DNA from: Bugula neritina
Taxonomy: Eukaryota; Animalia; Bryozoa
Assembly: GCA_964035545.1 (NCBI GenBank)
Contig: OZ037773.1
Location: 1,207,751 to 1,271,750 of the forward strand
DNA length: 64,000 bases
Direction: 5' to 3'
Shown here: piece by piece, positions 1 to 13,099 of the stretch
Layout: every line of letters begins with the position of its first letter
Position numbering within the stretch: position 1 is the stretch's first letter
The notes under the pieces: model-generated
What the model saw: only the letters and a program-made list of their open reading frames with translations
What the model was told of the DNA's origin: nothing
Database searches by the model: none
Translations under genes and position numbers: made by a program

Positions 1-685
1 ACAATTTCTGCTTCAAACTTTCAATAGTGTGCTGAATAGTTGGTACAGTATTCCTATGTTGATGGGGGGACAACTCTGAAACAGGAGCTGTACACTGCAG
101 TAAATTAAGTTGCTTTTGCTGGATAAGGATATATGGTGATTATTGAGCTCTCTAGCTGCGACAATAAGTTAAACTGTCTGACATCACACAACTTAGAGAT
201 ACTTAAGCACCAGGTTCAAATTCTCACTTATTGAATATGCTTTGGTATAAATACTAACGACTGCCATTGCAAAGTTGTGTTGATGAGGGGACAAACCTTG
301 AATCAGCTGCTGCACTCAGATAGGAGAGATTGTGTGCGTACTACAACGTCACGAACACATATATAAATATTTGTATAATTCGGCAACCAGCAGGCTGACT
401 GAACTATGCTGAATATCACTGAGTCACTAAGATACAAGACCTTATGTTTGGCAGCCTTTGCATTGTTTTGCATCAGATTGAAAGATTGTAGTTGTGGTTG
501 AAAATTTGTGTGTGCCATAGATATGTGCTAATTTGGAAAATACACAAATGGGAATAAAAATAATTTATTTTCTGAAATTTCAAGAATTTTTCATAACCTA
601 AAACTGTGGCAGTGCTGGAAGCGGGCTCAATGTTAAAATAAAAAGATTATTTTGTAATGGCAATCAATTTAACATCCATACTTGC

Positions 686-910
686 AGGACTATACTGTAC
701 TATATACTAGACTATGCTATACTATGTTATACTATACTGTAATATACTATACTGTAATATACTATATACTATACTATACTATGCTATACTATACTATTCT
801 ATACAACACTAATGCACATGTATTACACCATCTGGTATACTGTAATATACTAGACTATGCTATATACTATTCTATATACTATTCTACAGAATACTTACCA
901 TGCTTACTAT
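686..910. repeat. (TATAC)n-type degenerate microsatellite
   Basis: Runs of ctata/tatac/tatgc pentamers; the Tyr-rich ORF 682-936 is an artefact of this repeat. Confidence 0.9.
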
Positions 911-1081
911 ATTTCTTACTTGTACACACTTACTAGACAGTTAATTATGTTAAAGAGGAAAGCTGAACACTCTTTTTGTTGTATTGTGTTTTGGCCTATA
1001 TTTTAGGAGATAAAAGTTTCATTTCATCAAAAGTTATTTATACCTGAATGCTTTCTTTCTATTCTTTATGCTAACATGCAG

Positions 1082-1160
1082 AGAAGATTCTTCGTCAGCC
1101 ACCACTAACTATCCTCATACTTGTCCGCCTACAAATCTAAAAGGCTCATCCAATGCATAA
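1082..1160 (+). CDS. Possible terminal exon of an upstream gene (EDSSSATTNYPHTCPPTNLKGSSNA*)
   Basis: Pyrimidine tract + gcag acceptor at 1080-1081, short open frame to TAA, AATAAA at 1215-1220; no recognisable homology. Confidence 0.2.
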
Positions 1161-1364
1161 GTTCCAGTTATTATTCAGTATAACCTCTGCTGGCGTACAT
1201 ACACTGCATATAATAATAAATTATATCTTTGCTGCTGGTACAGCTCTGTCACACAGCTCATGCTATACGGAGTATTGTTTATTGAAGAAATGTAAAGTAA
1301 GGGTAAGAGTACTTTTATTATGCTTTTAAGTTTGTTTTTATTTCAAGGTCAGGTTCTGCTTGTA

Positions 1365-1820
1365 ACCTATGTATGTACTATACTTATACTTACTCTACCA
1401 TACTATACTGTGCTATACTGTGCTATACTGTGCTTGTAACCTATATGTATGTACTGTAATAGTGACTCAGCATACTATACTTATACTTATACTCTACCAT
1501 GCTATACTGTGCTATACTGTGCTATACTACACTATACTATACTACACTATACTACGCTATACTACGCTATACTACGCTATACTACGCTATACTACGCTAT
1601 ACTACGCTATACTACGCTACGCTACGCTACGCTACGCTACGCTACGCTACGCTACGCTATGCTATGCTATGCTATGCTATACTATGCTATACTATGCTAT
1701 ACTATGCTATACTATATTATATACTATACTATAGACTATGCTATACTATACTATAGACTATGCTATACTGTGCTATACTATACTATAGACTATGCTATGC
1801 TATACTCTGTTATACTATAT
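1365..1820. repeat. (TATAC/CTACG/CTATG)n pentamer microsatellite
   Basis: Tandem actacgctat, gctac, gctat units; explains ORFs 1369-1853. Resumes after 3041, i.e. interrupted by the MITE. Confidence 0.95.
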
Positions 1821-1821
1821 A

Positions 1822-3039
1822 GGGGTAATGGGGCACAACGGGCCAATTTTTGAGTTTTTTGCTTTCCATCGGCTGTTTTTCAAGTTACTAGTTCAATAAT
1901 ATCTAGTCTAAATGCTGCATCTGTTGTCTATTACAAGTATCAGTTTGTTGTTTCTATCTCTCTCACAACTTTCAGAATAATGAACTTTTCATGACAAAAA
2001 AATAGGCCCATTGTGGCCCCTGTACCGGGGTACAATGGGCCACTGGATGGGACACAACAAATAATTATATTAAAATTTTGTTGATTTGGTTGCATCTGAT
2101 CCTAATTTAATTAATATACACAGATAAATAAAAATATTCTTTCAGATCTACAGCAAAAATCATATTTTAGCTATACAGTTGGTACCACCACAGATAACAA
2201 GGGGAGGCACAATCAAACGCACATCACCCATTTCTGCGGTACCATTTTCATTACTGTTTAGAACTACAAATATTTTTTTCAATTTCCACTTCACAGGAAC
2301 TTTCATCAGAAAAAATTTTTAGTAACATGTACTACAAAATTCCGAGTGGCTGCACGGCTGAGGTTTGTGACTGGAGTGCGGAAGGGGGGGGGGGGGAGGG
2401 AGGAAATGTGCAAATCAGAATTTATTTTAATCATATACATGTATAATTCCTCAACAATATAATGTATAATGAATATCATGACTACCCATTAGTAGCAACA
2501 GCAGTATTTTGTATAATGTATAAAATGACAAAGCCATAACCTCACCAGATGTATATATTAAGGGAGTTTCACCTTGTAACTTGGTAGTCTTACCATTATG
2601 TCTTTGATATTTTACAAAAAGGTCAGAAATGGTTATATCTACAGATTTTAGCAATATTTCAGCCAGCTTTTTTTGGCAAACAAACTAATGACAGTGATCA
2701 GGGTGCAAGGATCAGGTGGTCCATTGTGCCCCGGGTGGCCAAGTTGAAAATATAAATGTGGCTTATGGAAAATTTATTTTAGAGTTTGCTGTTATACTAG
2801 TTAAGCAATGTAGAGACAAGCAATGGCAACAATATCAGTAAAATCTTGGCTTGTCACCTTTGAGTATAAAAAGTTATAAAGCTTTACCTAAACCTAAAAA
2901 CATTACAACAAGTAGGTAACAACAGTTTTTGACTCGCCTCTTCAACATGTATGCTCCGCAAGTGTTGAAACTTACCTTTTTATTAAAGTACCCCTATGAC
3001 CGTTGTGCCCCCACCCTCCCCTCCTCCCCCAGTTACCCC
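1822..3039. mobile_element. Non-autonomous TIR element (Tc1/mariner-pogo-type MITE), TA target duplication
   Basis: TA|GGGGTAA...TTACCCC|TA termini; repeated subterminal motif GGGGCACAA(C/T)GG / CC(A/G)TTGTGCCCC at ~1830, 2006-2040, 2721, 3001; no transposase ORF. Confidence 0.75.
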
Positions 3040-3434
3040 TACTATTGACTATACTATACTATGCTCTACTATGCTATATACTTCTTTATAAATTGCTGTT
3101 ATATAATGTATGATGTAGTACTTGTGTGCATGTGCTAGTTTTACTAGTAAAAGTAATAAACTGGTGAATAAAGTTTGTTTCAAACTAGGCTATTATAAAC
3201 CTATGGTGTATGTTCAATATTAATTTATTTCGTGATGTAATAAATTGATCTCAAATGTTTAGTGGCTTGGGCTTATTGCAAATGCTTTTGTTATTGGTTA
3301 CAAAAGAAAAGTTATTAAGTTTGCAATCATCAATTAGTAAGAAGCTTTGCCAAAGCAATTCTAGATAAAGGATAAAGACTGATTGCAGTTGTAACTGTGG
3401 GCTTCACTGATAACTGAAACTTTCAATTTCCACT

Positions 3435-6400
3435 ATGAACATGTTTTCTTACTGTGTACCAAGAAAGATTCGAGCTGCTGTTCTAAGAGACAGCTATCCT
3501 ATGAAGTTCGTCAAAGTGATTGCTACCCTCCTACTCTTGTTCATGGGACTTTTAATCTCTAGAGAATACATCGAAGAGAACTTCTTTTCTAACAGGTTTG
3601 CAATCATAAATTGTCAATTTTATTTTGATGAAAGGAATATTGCCATTGTGTGGGCCGCGCTGTTTTGTATCTCAACTGAAGGTTTGCGATTACCAACTTT
3701 ATATCAAAGACAACAAAAATTTCCAGCTAGTTTTAAGTACAAGAATGGGGTTAACTGTAGCTGGGTTATAAAGCTGCATATTCTAGGTTACACAGTGAAA
3801 CCTTACGTGGGTTTATAGTTGCCATCTCTGTAAGAACCCCTGATGGAAAGGGTTTTTGAAGTGTTCGCCATTGTAGCACAGGAGTAATTATGGCTGGATA
3901 CTCTTCCTAACATTACCAATGGCCTTTACTGGGATTAGAATAACTGACATTGTGTTTAATAGCGATCAGTGCTCTAACATCCAAGCCATGGCTGCCCCCT
4001 TGGTTACACAGTAAAGTGTCTATATATTTTACTATTGCAATTTAACCCTCTTGCTTTGTAAAGAATATTTCTGATATTTTGTGGTCTATGTCCTGATAAT
4101 ATTCTTTTTGAAACATTTCATAATCAACATGTGTACTTCTGCTTTTCCATTTCCACCAATGAGCTCTATTTTATGATAAGCTAATAGCTGCACAGTAGTT
4201 TTTTTAGGTAACAAAAAACCAACTACTAAAATTAGAAATCAAACTATTTACAGTGTTATTTGTACAGAATAGCATGAAATCACAATAATGTTGCAAGTCT
4301 CTCTGAATTTAAAAAACTGCGAACGATTATCAGAATTATTTTTTTTAATTTTTCTTTTTAAATATAAAGTGATGTGTTCTTTAATAAATTAAGACAAATT
4401 ATTACTCCTTATGATTAAAATATCTACAGATCTATAATTTAAGCATATATAACCTGATGAAGTATGCATGGGGTTTGGCAAGCATAAAGCGGTTGATATT
4501 ACTCATGACACATTTTTTACCATTTTCAACTATTATATCTCAAACTTGAACTAAAATGAGACCTGGTTAATGATGATTTGATGATTAAGAATGTTTTTTC
4601 TTCTTTTTAGATGTACTACTGCTTATTAGCCTATATCAAGAAATGTTTATATTCATGACTTTAAACTATCATAATTCAAGCCTTTTCACCTAATTAACAA
4701 TATAATTTTCGAACATGTCTCTATTCTGTAATCTATTATATGTGATATAGCACGATATATGATATAATATGATATAGTCATACATGCATTTAACTTGCAC
4801 TCTGATTACATTCTAATCTGACGTGCAACTGTATAGTCAGTAATAGTCCAGAAACAGCTGTTTATACAAGCTGGCCATGGTCTTTCATAATACTACATCA
4901 TATGAATAATACCAGCTCCATATATATGATTCAGGTAAATTGTAAAATACAATATAATTTTCTGGATTATTCTATCAAGTTAGTATGAAGTCATAATATA
5001 ATAGAGGACTGTAATTGGAAAACTTCAAACTAAACTGAATAGTGTAAACAATAAAGCATTTGGTTGCATACTAACTTGATACGATACTCTATATAATTAT
5101 CTACTACAACAAAACACATCTAGTTAACAAACGTCTGATAGAAGCACCAGATAAAACAATATAATTAACATTTCTTCTGCCAATCGAACGCTTATATTTA
5201 AAAGGCTGGAAATCACAGAACAATTATACCTGGGTTCTTAGTCAACTGGTATGAGAATCTCAGTTGAATTTTAGGAAATAGAATGCTAGTTATAATATTT
5301 TACTATCACGTGTAAGGTTTACACTAACTTTTAGACTAAGTGTATTTTATGGACATAAACCAACTATTCAGTATTCATAACTCACTCAAGCCTATCTTTG
5401 TTGAATATAGTATGATACGCCTATTATGATGTTATTTTGAATAAAAATTTGATAATTTCTAAATTATTGGTTGCAGCAGCATTCTACGTTACTGAAATGA
5501 TTGTATTTCAACAGTGTTGTCAAGACCTCATTAGATGGACAAGCTAAGCAGACAAATAATGATTTAGTAGTCACAGCTAGTTTGTTCATAGAATATGCTG
5601 TTGCTTAGGGTTTACTGACTCAGTAATTCGTTTTAGTGAATCTATTTATTTATACCACTCCTCTAAATGCATAAAACACATGTTATTTCATATATCCGTT
5701 ATTACTTATAACACATAGCTAAAAATATGCATACAGACCAGTGACAGTATCCTACCCTGTACTTAGAGACATGCATTGGAATCATCAATAGCACAAACAT
5801 TTCAATAGAGAAACATTCAAAACATGTTAGTAGCTTCAATACTTCAGTAGCTTCAATACAAATAAAAGTAAATTGAAATCACTGAAGTTGTTGTAACTTT
5901 TGCTAGCAGCTCAATGGTGACTGCCAACTGCTTTCCTGATTCACAAATGTAACATCATGGCCTGAGATGCAGTGCTATTCTGCCATCACACCCAATTATG
6001 TCGTGTAGAGATTTTTAATAGTAAAATATTCATGTTTAAATGTTCATATGGTGCATGGTTCATGGTATTCAATATTTCAATGTATTACGTTGTCAACAGT
6101 GGTAAGAAAGGAATAACAACATATGAAACCCCATTGACATTGTAGTACTACTATGAATTATGTAGTGGAGAGTGGGCATGCCTCCTGCTAATGTCTTGCC
6201 TTGCTATATTCATGGTGTAGCTATACTTTCCTTATCTCCTTCCCGTTGGGGGGGGGAACATTTGCAGAATATTTGACTTATACACTGTTTACCTACATTT
6301 TCAAATGCCATAGGACTAAACATGTTTTGGTATTTATATATTGTTTTTGAAATTTAAATTTAATTCACAACGATAGGAGAATCTTTTAAATATTTTACCT

Positions 6401-9400
6401 ATTTTTCTAGAACCATGTTTTCACTGTGATCACATAATCTGATGATTTCTCTTGATTTTGAGCCAAAGGCTTTTTTAAGCCAAACGTTTTTAAACCTATA
6501 TAAATGCTTTCATGTCTTTTCTGTCCACTATATATACAGCTTAGAGTTTTATTGCTTTTTCTCTCACTATGGCATCTACTCTGTATGTGTCTGGTATAGC
6601 TCCGAAGAATGTTCTATTTTTTTATCTGGTGCTACACTGAAAAAAGCTTGCGTCATTTTTTTTACTTCATCAACTGTAGTAGCCAACCACCATTCTCATT
6701 AAGCAAATCCTGGTGTTGCTGGTCCTGCTTACAAAAGACGTTAATTGCAGTTTAGGCCACACCTTTGCTCACAGCCAACAAATTGTTTTTATAACCCTAA
6801 ATTTATACATACTACATACTTAAGATATAGCAATGCATATAACATACTTTAGTTGGTGTAAATATGTTTTGAAAATTCAAACAAAACGCCATTCTAATCT
6901 TTGAAGCATGTTACTGCCTTGGTGCATAGAGATAAAGATGTGAGGTGTGTGAATTTTTATATTTTTATTGTCTAGCTCTATCTGAAAAGTTGCTTATATA
7001 AGGCCTCATATGAAGGCACAGAAACATTTAGTTTGTTTCCTCGCCTTTAAAAAAGCTGAAAAAATACTTTAATAATTGTGAGATCACAACAACATATTTG
7101 GGTTGATAAATAATAGATCAAACAACTGAATACAAGTTCATAGTGCATTCCAATCAGCTGCTTTTCCATTTAACTACCTCATTTGGTTTGATCCCAGCTA
7201 AGGCTCATTACCCACTGCCTCTTCAAACATAACTCAGCTTTCGATGCCCATTTTAGAGAACAATCTCCCCGTACACCAGTTGCACCACCTCGTCCTGCAG
7301 CCACCAAAATGAAAAGTGAACTGATGAGCCCCCTCAAGCTTACACAGTGTGAAGGATGTGACGTCAAGCCTCAGTCCCGGTCCTGCGCAGAAATACTCCA
7401 AACTGTCAAGGATGTTGAGAAGTCAGACTACAAGATTCAGCTAATTGCTGCCGCTCCAGGTTCAGGCAACGACTGGTGTATGCTGACTTTACAAGATCTC
7501 ACAGGTAAATCTTACAGGTAGATCTTGCAGGTAGATCTTGCAGATAAATATTATAGCAGGTATAGGTTTTACAGGTAAATGCTACAGGTAAATATTACTA
7601 CTATATACCAGTGATGAAATACAGAGTTGATGGAGCTCCGCTCAACATATCACAAAAGGGATATATAACTGTTTATTGACAAACTCAAACTATGATATAA
7701 CAGTCTATACATTTATTCATGTGTTATAGGTTTGAAAACTGGCTCTGTGTACCGCTTTTCAAAATTAAAAAGTTTAAAGAATGTTCCAGAAAACTTACTT
7801 TATTACCACACACACTATCCGTATTTAACCCACATGGGGCCGGTTGGTGAATATTTGGATACCCACCCTCAAAGAGTTATACTCCTTATAAGAAACCCAC
7901 TAGATGCTGGACTATCCGAGTATGTAAGGTGAATATCATAGATGTGGATTATTTATAGCAGATAACTCCCAATGCATGACACTTAGGTTTAAGGATTCCA
8001 GTACAAGCTGGACAGGAGACTACAACTTCTCTGATCAGCTGCATTAAAAAATATTCAGTTAACTGAGACATTAAAGCTTGATCAGTTTAGGATTTTCAAT
8101 GGTGAAATGCTTAGAAAATTCTTAAAAATAAAATAACGCAAAGTTTTTTGAAAGTTTTGAAATCATTACTTACTGCGTTATATTATAGGCAGATAATTGC
8201 AAAGAAGAAAAATGGAACAGCTAAATATAGCAATGCAGAGGGCGTGTTTACGGAGTCTCACTTTCTCGTAAGAAATTCTTCCAAAGAGATATCAATAGCT
8301 CCAGGTAACATTGCTGTTGCTGAATTACACAGCATTGCATAATTGCTTATATTGCTTTTCAATGCTGTATAGATAGTGTAGGTATTTATACTTTAAGATG
8401 TGTTTGAGTATACAGATATATGAATAGTGTTGTAAGGTAACACATTATTATTTATTGCAAATAATGTATTGAAAAGCGCTTGTATAGTTGATTGTTTTCC
8501 TCTATCATATGTTCAAAAATACAGTAATTGGTCAATGCCTTAAAGTCAGTTTTGTGCAGCAATAAGTGCATGAGCACAATATTAGAAAATATTTAAAAAA
8601 TATATAATTTAAAATAATATTAGTCATGTATTAACAATAATGACAATAAAAAAAAAATGAGACATTATATTATATAAACATGTATTTTAAATATTCGATG
8701 TGAATCAGAAACTTTTACTATAATATTATAGCGTTGGTTTGGTTTTGGAAATGTAACCTAAGATACTTAGAGGCTAATAAACTATTGGTACATTTTATGT
8801 AAAATTGGCCTAACTGATTTTTCATTTATATAGTGTCGATTTTAGTATAGTCTGTGAGCTGTCAAATCTACTCAGCTAGATCAACGTCTAAAAACTTTGT
8901 ATTCTTTGAAACTGTGTGTCATGATGACAATAATCTGAGTTACTATACTATCAAGTCACTCTTACCTAAATTGGTCTGTGTACAGAAACTGCAAGTAAAA
9001 AGGCTGAAACTAAAACTGGTCTAAATGCAGCTCAGAACAGTCTGTCACGCTGTAAATCTCCTAAAAGCATAAATTTTAGCTAAAAATTATGGCTAAACGA
9101 ATAGCATGAGTGTTCATGTTATTTGCAACCCTGCATTGTATATATTTTAAATTATATTTTAAATAAGAAAATACATTTCTTGTGACACAATTCACATGAT
9201 ACACACATGTGTATTATCTTTCTGCAGCTCTTCAAACCCACTTACTGAAGTTCTTTAAAGGATGGAAAAAGTTGCATAATTATTGGTTAAAAGAGTACAA
9301 GAGGGAGCTAATGGTAGTTCTCTATTCTGATCTTCTCGAAGATCCTTCGCTATTTGAAAAAATGGCCGCCTTTTTTGGCTATAATTCCCAAGTTTCAGAG

Positions 9401-10359
9401 GAAAGGTAACATTTTTTGTTAAAAAGTATAAATGTTGCAGAAAAATGTTAACTTTGTGTTGAAATATAAAGCTCACAATAAAATGCTCATAAAACTGCTA
9501 GTTTCTTCAAAGCTACCCCAACTAACTTTTACTAGCTAATAGATTTGATCAAGTAAACTAATTTCTCCATATTCTGTAAATCAATTGTGTGATGCATTTG
9601 ATTGCTTGGCATTGTGATGGAGGTTTTGGTATCATTGGCAATGTTTACTTATTTTTAAGCTGCATCCACTGTAGATTACGCATTAGACAATGAGTGTTTA
9701 CTACAGATGATGTAGTAGTATATTATAGGTATCCACTGTAGTAGATCATGTAGTATATTATAGGTATCCACTGTAGTAGATCATGTGGTATATTATAGGT
9801 ATCCACTGTAGTAGATCATGTAGTATATTATAGGTATCCACTGTAGTAGATCATGTAGTATATTATAGGTATCCACTGTAGTAGATCATGCAGTATATTA
9901 TAGGTATCCACTGTAGTAAATCATGTAATATATTATAGGTATCCACTTTAGTAGATTTTGTAGGAAAATATGGGTATAGACTGTAAATCATATGTATATT
10001 TTTGCCATTTTTATTTATTCTGAAAATAGCGATACCCATTTTCAGAAAAAAAACTTCCAATTTCTTAGGAAAAAGCTAATTGTTGCTTTGAAGCACTGCA
10101 TCTAGCAATATAAATTATAGTCACTGTATAGTATTCATTCAACTACAACAACAATATCATTTGTTGTAGAAGAGCAAGATTAAACTGTTTATATCAACAC
10201 TACGAAAGAACAGCAGCAATGAAAAGAAAGATAGTCCCAGCAATAGACAACTCCAAAGAGCCTGTTAGAAAATTATTCATGTCTCATACTCAGCTTGCTA
10301 CCTCATATGTAGAAAAACTGTATAAAGAAAAGTACAATAGAACTATACTGATAATCTAA
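3435..10359 (+). CDS. WSCD-family sulfotransferase-like protein (type II membrane, PAPS-binding fold)
   Basis: Phase-consistent exons 3435-3595, 7257-7504, 7730-7928, 8189-8304, 9228-9405, 10170-10359. N-terminal hydrophobic anchor (VIATLLLLFMGLLIS); 5'-PSB-like IAAAPGSGNDW..TLQDLTG.KTGSVY; 3'-PB-like ILLIRNPLDAGLSEY; W....WL....MVVLYSDL..D; RLNCL tail. First intron acceptor choice and start codon uncertain. Confidence 0.8.
3797..3998 (-). mobile_element. tRNA-derived SINE (copy 1)
   Basis: Reverse complement aligns over ~200 nt with 61904-62127 (GCAGC.TGG..TAG head; CAGTAAAGGCCATTGGT.ATGTTAGGAAGAG.ATCCAG; CCATCAGGGGTT; ACTATAAAC); flanked by 11-bp direct repeat GGTTACACAGT (3786-3796, 4002-4012). 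Confidence 0.8.
9712..9955. repeat. 35-bp minisatellite, ~7 copies
   Basis: Unit ATGTAGTATATTATAGGTATCCACTGTAGTAGATC in the last intron of the sulfotransferase gene. Confidence 0.95.
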
Positions 10360-10452
10360 AAAAGCATATAATGGGTCATATCACACCCTTCATATAAAAT
10401 TTCTTAAGGGCAATTGCATGCTTTGCTTATGATTAGAGTACTTCTCATTTCA

Positions 10453-10608
10453 TGAAAGTTATATAAAATGAAATATAAATTGACAAATATTTTTTAAATA
10501 CAAGTACATGAATCAAACTAACCAATTGATCAATTGGTTAGTTTATTTCATGAACTTGTATTTAAAAAAATTATTTGTCAATTTATATTTCATTTTATAT
10601 AACTTTCA
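10453..10608. repeat. 156-bp near-perfect spacerless palindrome
   Basis: TGAAAGTTATATAAAATG...CAATTGA|TCAATTG...CATTTTATATAACTTTCA; arms ~78 bp with only a few mismatches; AATAAA follows at 10613-10618. Confidence 0.95.
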
Positions 10609-13099
10609 GTAGAATAAAGTTTATATATGTATGCAGCTGTGCATTTTTATATGTTTTTCAATTGTCATTTTCTTAGAAAGCAGTGAAACAACTTGCTCCT
10701 TTTTCAAGTCTTTTCATATTTAGCTCAGGGAATTTCGAACACATTTCCTACTTTAAGTACTATTGTACAATTCCGAGCTCCATCTTTGAGTGCTAGGCCA
10801 TCATTAGTCACCTTCTATTATGTCTATAAATTTCTGAATTTAATGCTCTACCATTGAGGACTTTAGCTGCCTTGTTACATCAGTATTGTGTTATATGACT
10901 CACTGAGTAATTGTCTACCATTATAGCCTTTGATACAGATTTGAGTTTGTGTACTGACAGATATAGCTTAGCTTGGCTGCAAGGTTAGCTCTTGCTCCTA
11001 TCTTGGCCTGTCTGGGGTGTAAGGCCTCTGGCTAGGCTCTTAGTCTAGCTGTGGTCCACAGTCTAGACTCTAGGACATTGAGCTTACAAATCGTAGTTTA
11101 GGAAATTTATTCTCAACTGTTGTATAAATACTATATATACACTCTCTTGCTCTTTGTCTATAACTGTACTCTCATTCTATTTATACCTATGCACAGTTTT
11201 TCTACTCCACACACTCTCTCTCTCTTATATAACTATTACGTCACCATGTATGATACACCTGACATCACTGCACTTTTTATTACTAGAACAAAATATGAAC
11301 TTGGCTTCTAGTGGTATTTTCATTGTCTGATAAAGTGTCATCTAATATATAAGGTTAATTTTGCTATAAATAGACTTAATTAAATGTATAAAAGCTTTTT
11401 GTCTTTTGTCAATATAGTTTCTGTTTAATTTAGCAAACTTTTGTTACCTAAGTATCAGTTTTTTAATTTCCTCAGCATAGGATTTTTCAAAAGTCGCTTT
11501 CAGTAATTTTCACTTCGCCATTACCAGTGAATAAGTGAGAATTTCTCTTAGGATTTCTGTAAGAAGACCAAACAAATGGATATTAAAGGGTTTCTACTGT
11601 TTTGAGCGCTGTGTGGAACCTCAACTTGGGTCAGCTAGTTGTTTGGATACACAGCCATTGGTGGTGTTAACAAGACCATCCAGTCATAATTGCTTGTGTA
11701 CACCCCTCCCGCCCGAGCTGCTAATGATCAGATAATTATTAGCCCAATCTGGATTGGCCGATCCTATCCAATACCATGGGAAATAGCGTAGCAGCGTGTG
11801 TTGGTATTAGGATGGGATGTAGCTTAGCGTATCGTAAATGATTGCTTGCTAAGGTAGCAGAATGAAGTAATTATGATTGGTCACAGCTCAACGTCGTGCG
11901 TTGTGATTTTTTTCAGTGTGTAAAGTCCCATCTAGTCATTAGGGGGAGAATGGAAATTCCAACTAGCAATGGACTTTTATGCTTGTCATATTATCTTCAC
12001 CATTTCGCCATTTGTTGGCTAGACTCTACAAGTCTCAGTGGCGGTCTGATAATAAATTCGCTGTGATTTTCATTTGAGTATTCAGTATTTAGACTGAAGA
12101 TTATTGAATAGACGTCGTCACTATGACTATGAGTATGAGTAGGACTATGAAATTGAATACGATGCGGTAAGCGAATTATCAATTTCAGTTTCACTATTAC
12201 TATTACTATTGGTATTACTCTATTACTTATTAGTATTTGAAACTGAAAGTCAAACTGAAAATGAATTTAATTATTATTATATAATAGTATTACTATTATA
12301 ATTGACAATTATAAATATTATTTATTTATAATTAATAATTATATTAATATTGTTATGATAATTCAAATTTATCATCAAAATGATAGTGAAGTAAAACTAA
12401 ATTCAAATTATAAGTTATGAATATGAGCTTAAAGTTAATGCTTGATAATTACTAAATTTTGGACTAATAGTAATACTAATACTCATTTACTAATAGTAAT
12501 AGTAATACACTTACAGTAATAGTAATACTAATAGACATAGTCATACTGTTGTAGTTTTATACTTTGAATTTGAATGTTGTAATACTAATACATTGCAAAA
12601 TTGCATAAAGTCCGGTGGGTTATGAGTTAATGTAATTACATGAACACAGTTCAGTATTGTTATACTTATATCAAGAATTACTAACATGGTTAGCTAACAG
12701 TGTCACTGGCCATGAATTTAGTAACTTAAGCTATAAGTTAATGAGCTATAAGTATAAAAATAGTAATTTTTAAGTAGATACAAGACATTGGTAGTTTGAC
12801 TGTTGCCATCGTATTGTTCTTGGTTACTTGGGACTAAGTCAGATAAAAACTTGAACTTCATCCTGTGTGCTTAGTCAAAAAACACTTATAAACCCATTTC
12901 AATTGATAGCTCTGCCAGAGTTTATTGACCTGGAGTGCCCAGTATATAAAAGAGTGTGTATAAGAGAGATGAGTGATTGAAATAGAGTGATTGAAGGTTG
13001 TGGATTAAAGATTGTGGACAGACAATTTTGAACCCAATAGAATGTGTTAGGGTGTGTTAGTGAGTGCTAGCTCAGGATCCTAAACTGCAGAGCACCAAC

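Noticed and set aside
1-620. Possible decayed transposase 3' end
   Set aside because: Only stop-ridden, non-diagnostic peptide fragments; other end outside the window.
682-1853. Tyr-rich ORFs
   Set aside because: Translations of pentanucleotide microsatellites.
7987-8101. Candidate internal exon of the sulfotransferase gene
   Set aside because: Stops in all three frames; 8189-8304 gives a phase-consistent open path instead.
9712-9955. 35-bp repeat of CRISPR-like length
   Set aside because: Head-to-tail with no spacers, no cas genes, eukaryotic intron.
10873-11245. LTR-like segment (also 12790-14460)
   Set aside because: Could not find matching TG...CA termini with a target-site duplication.
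11580-12780. Possible second TTAA-type transposon with ATTAGT arrays
   Set aside because: No partner TIR or coding remnant identified.
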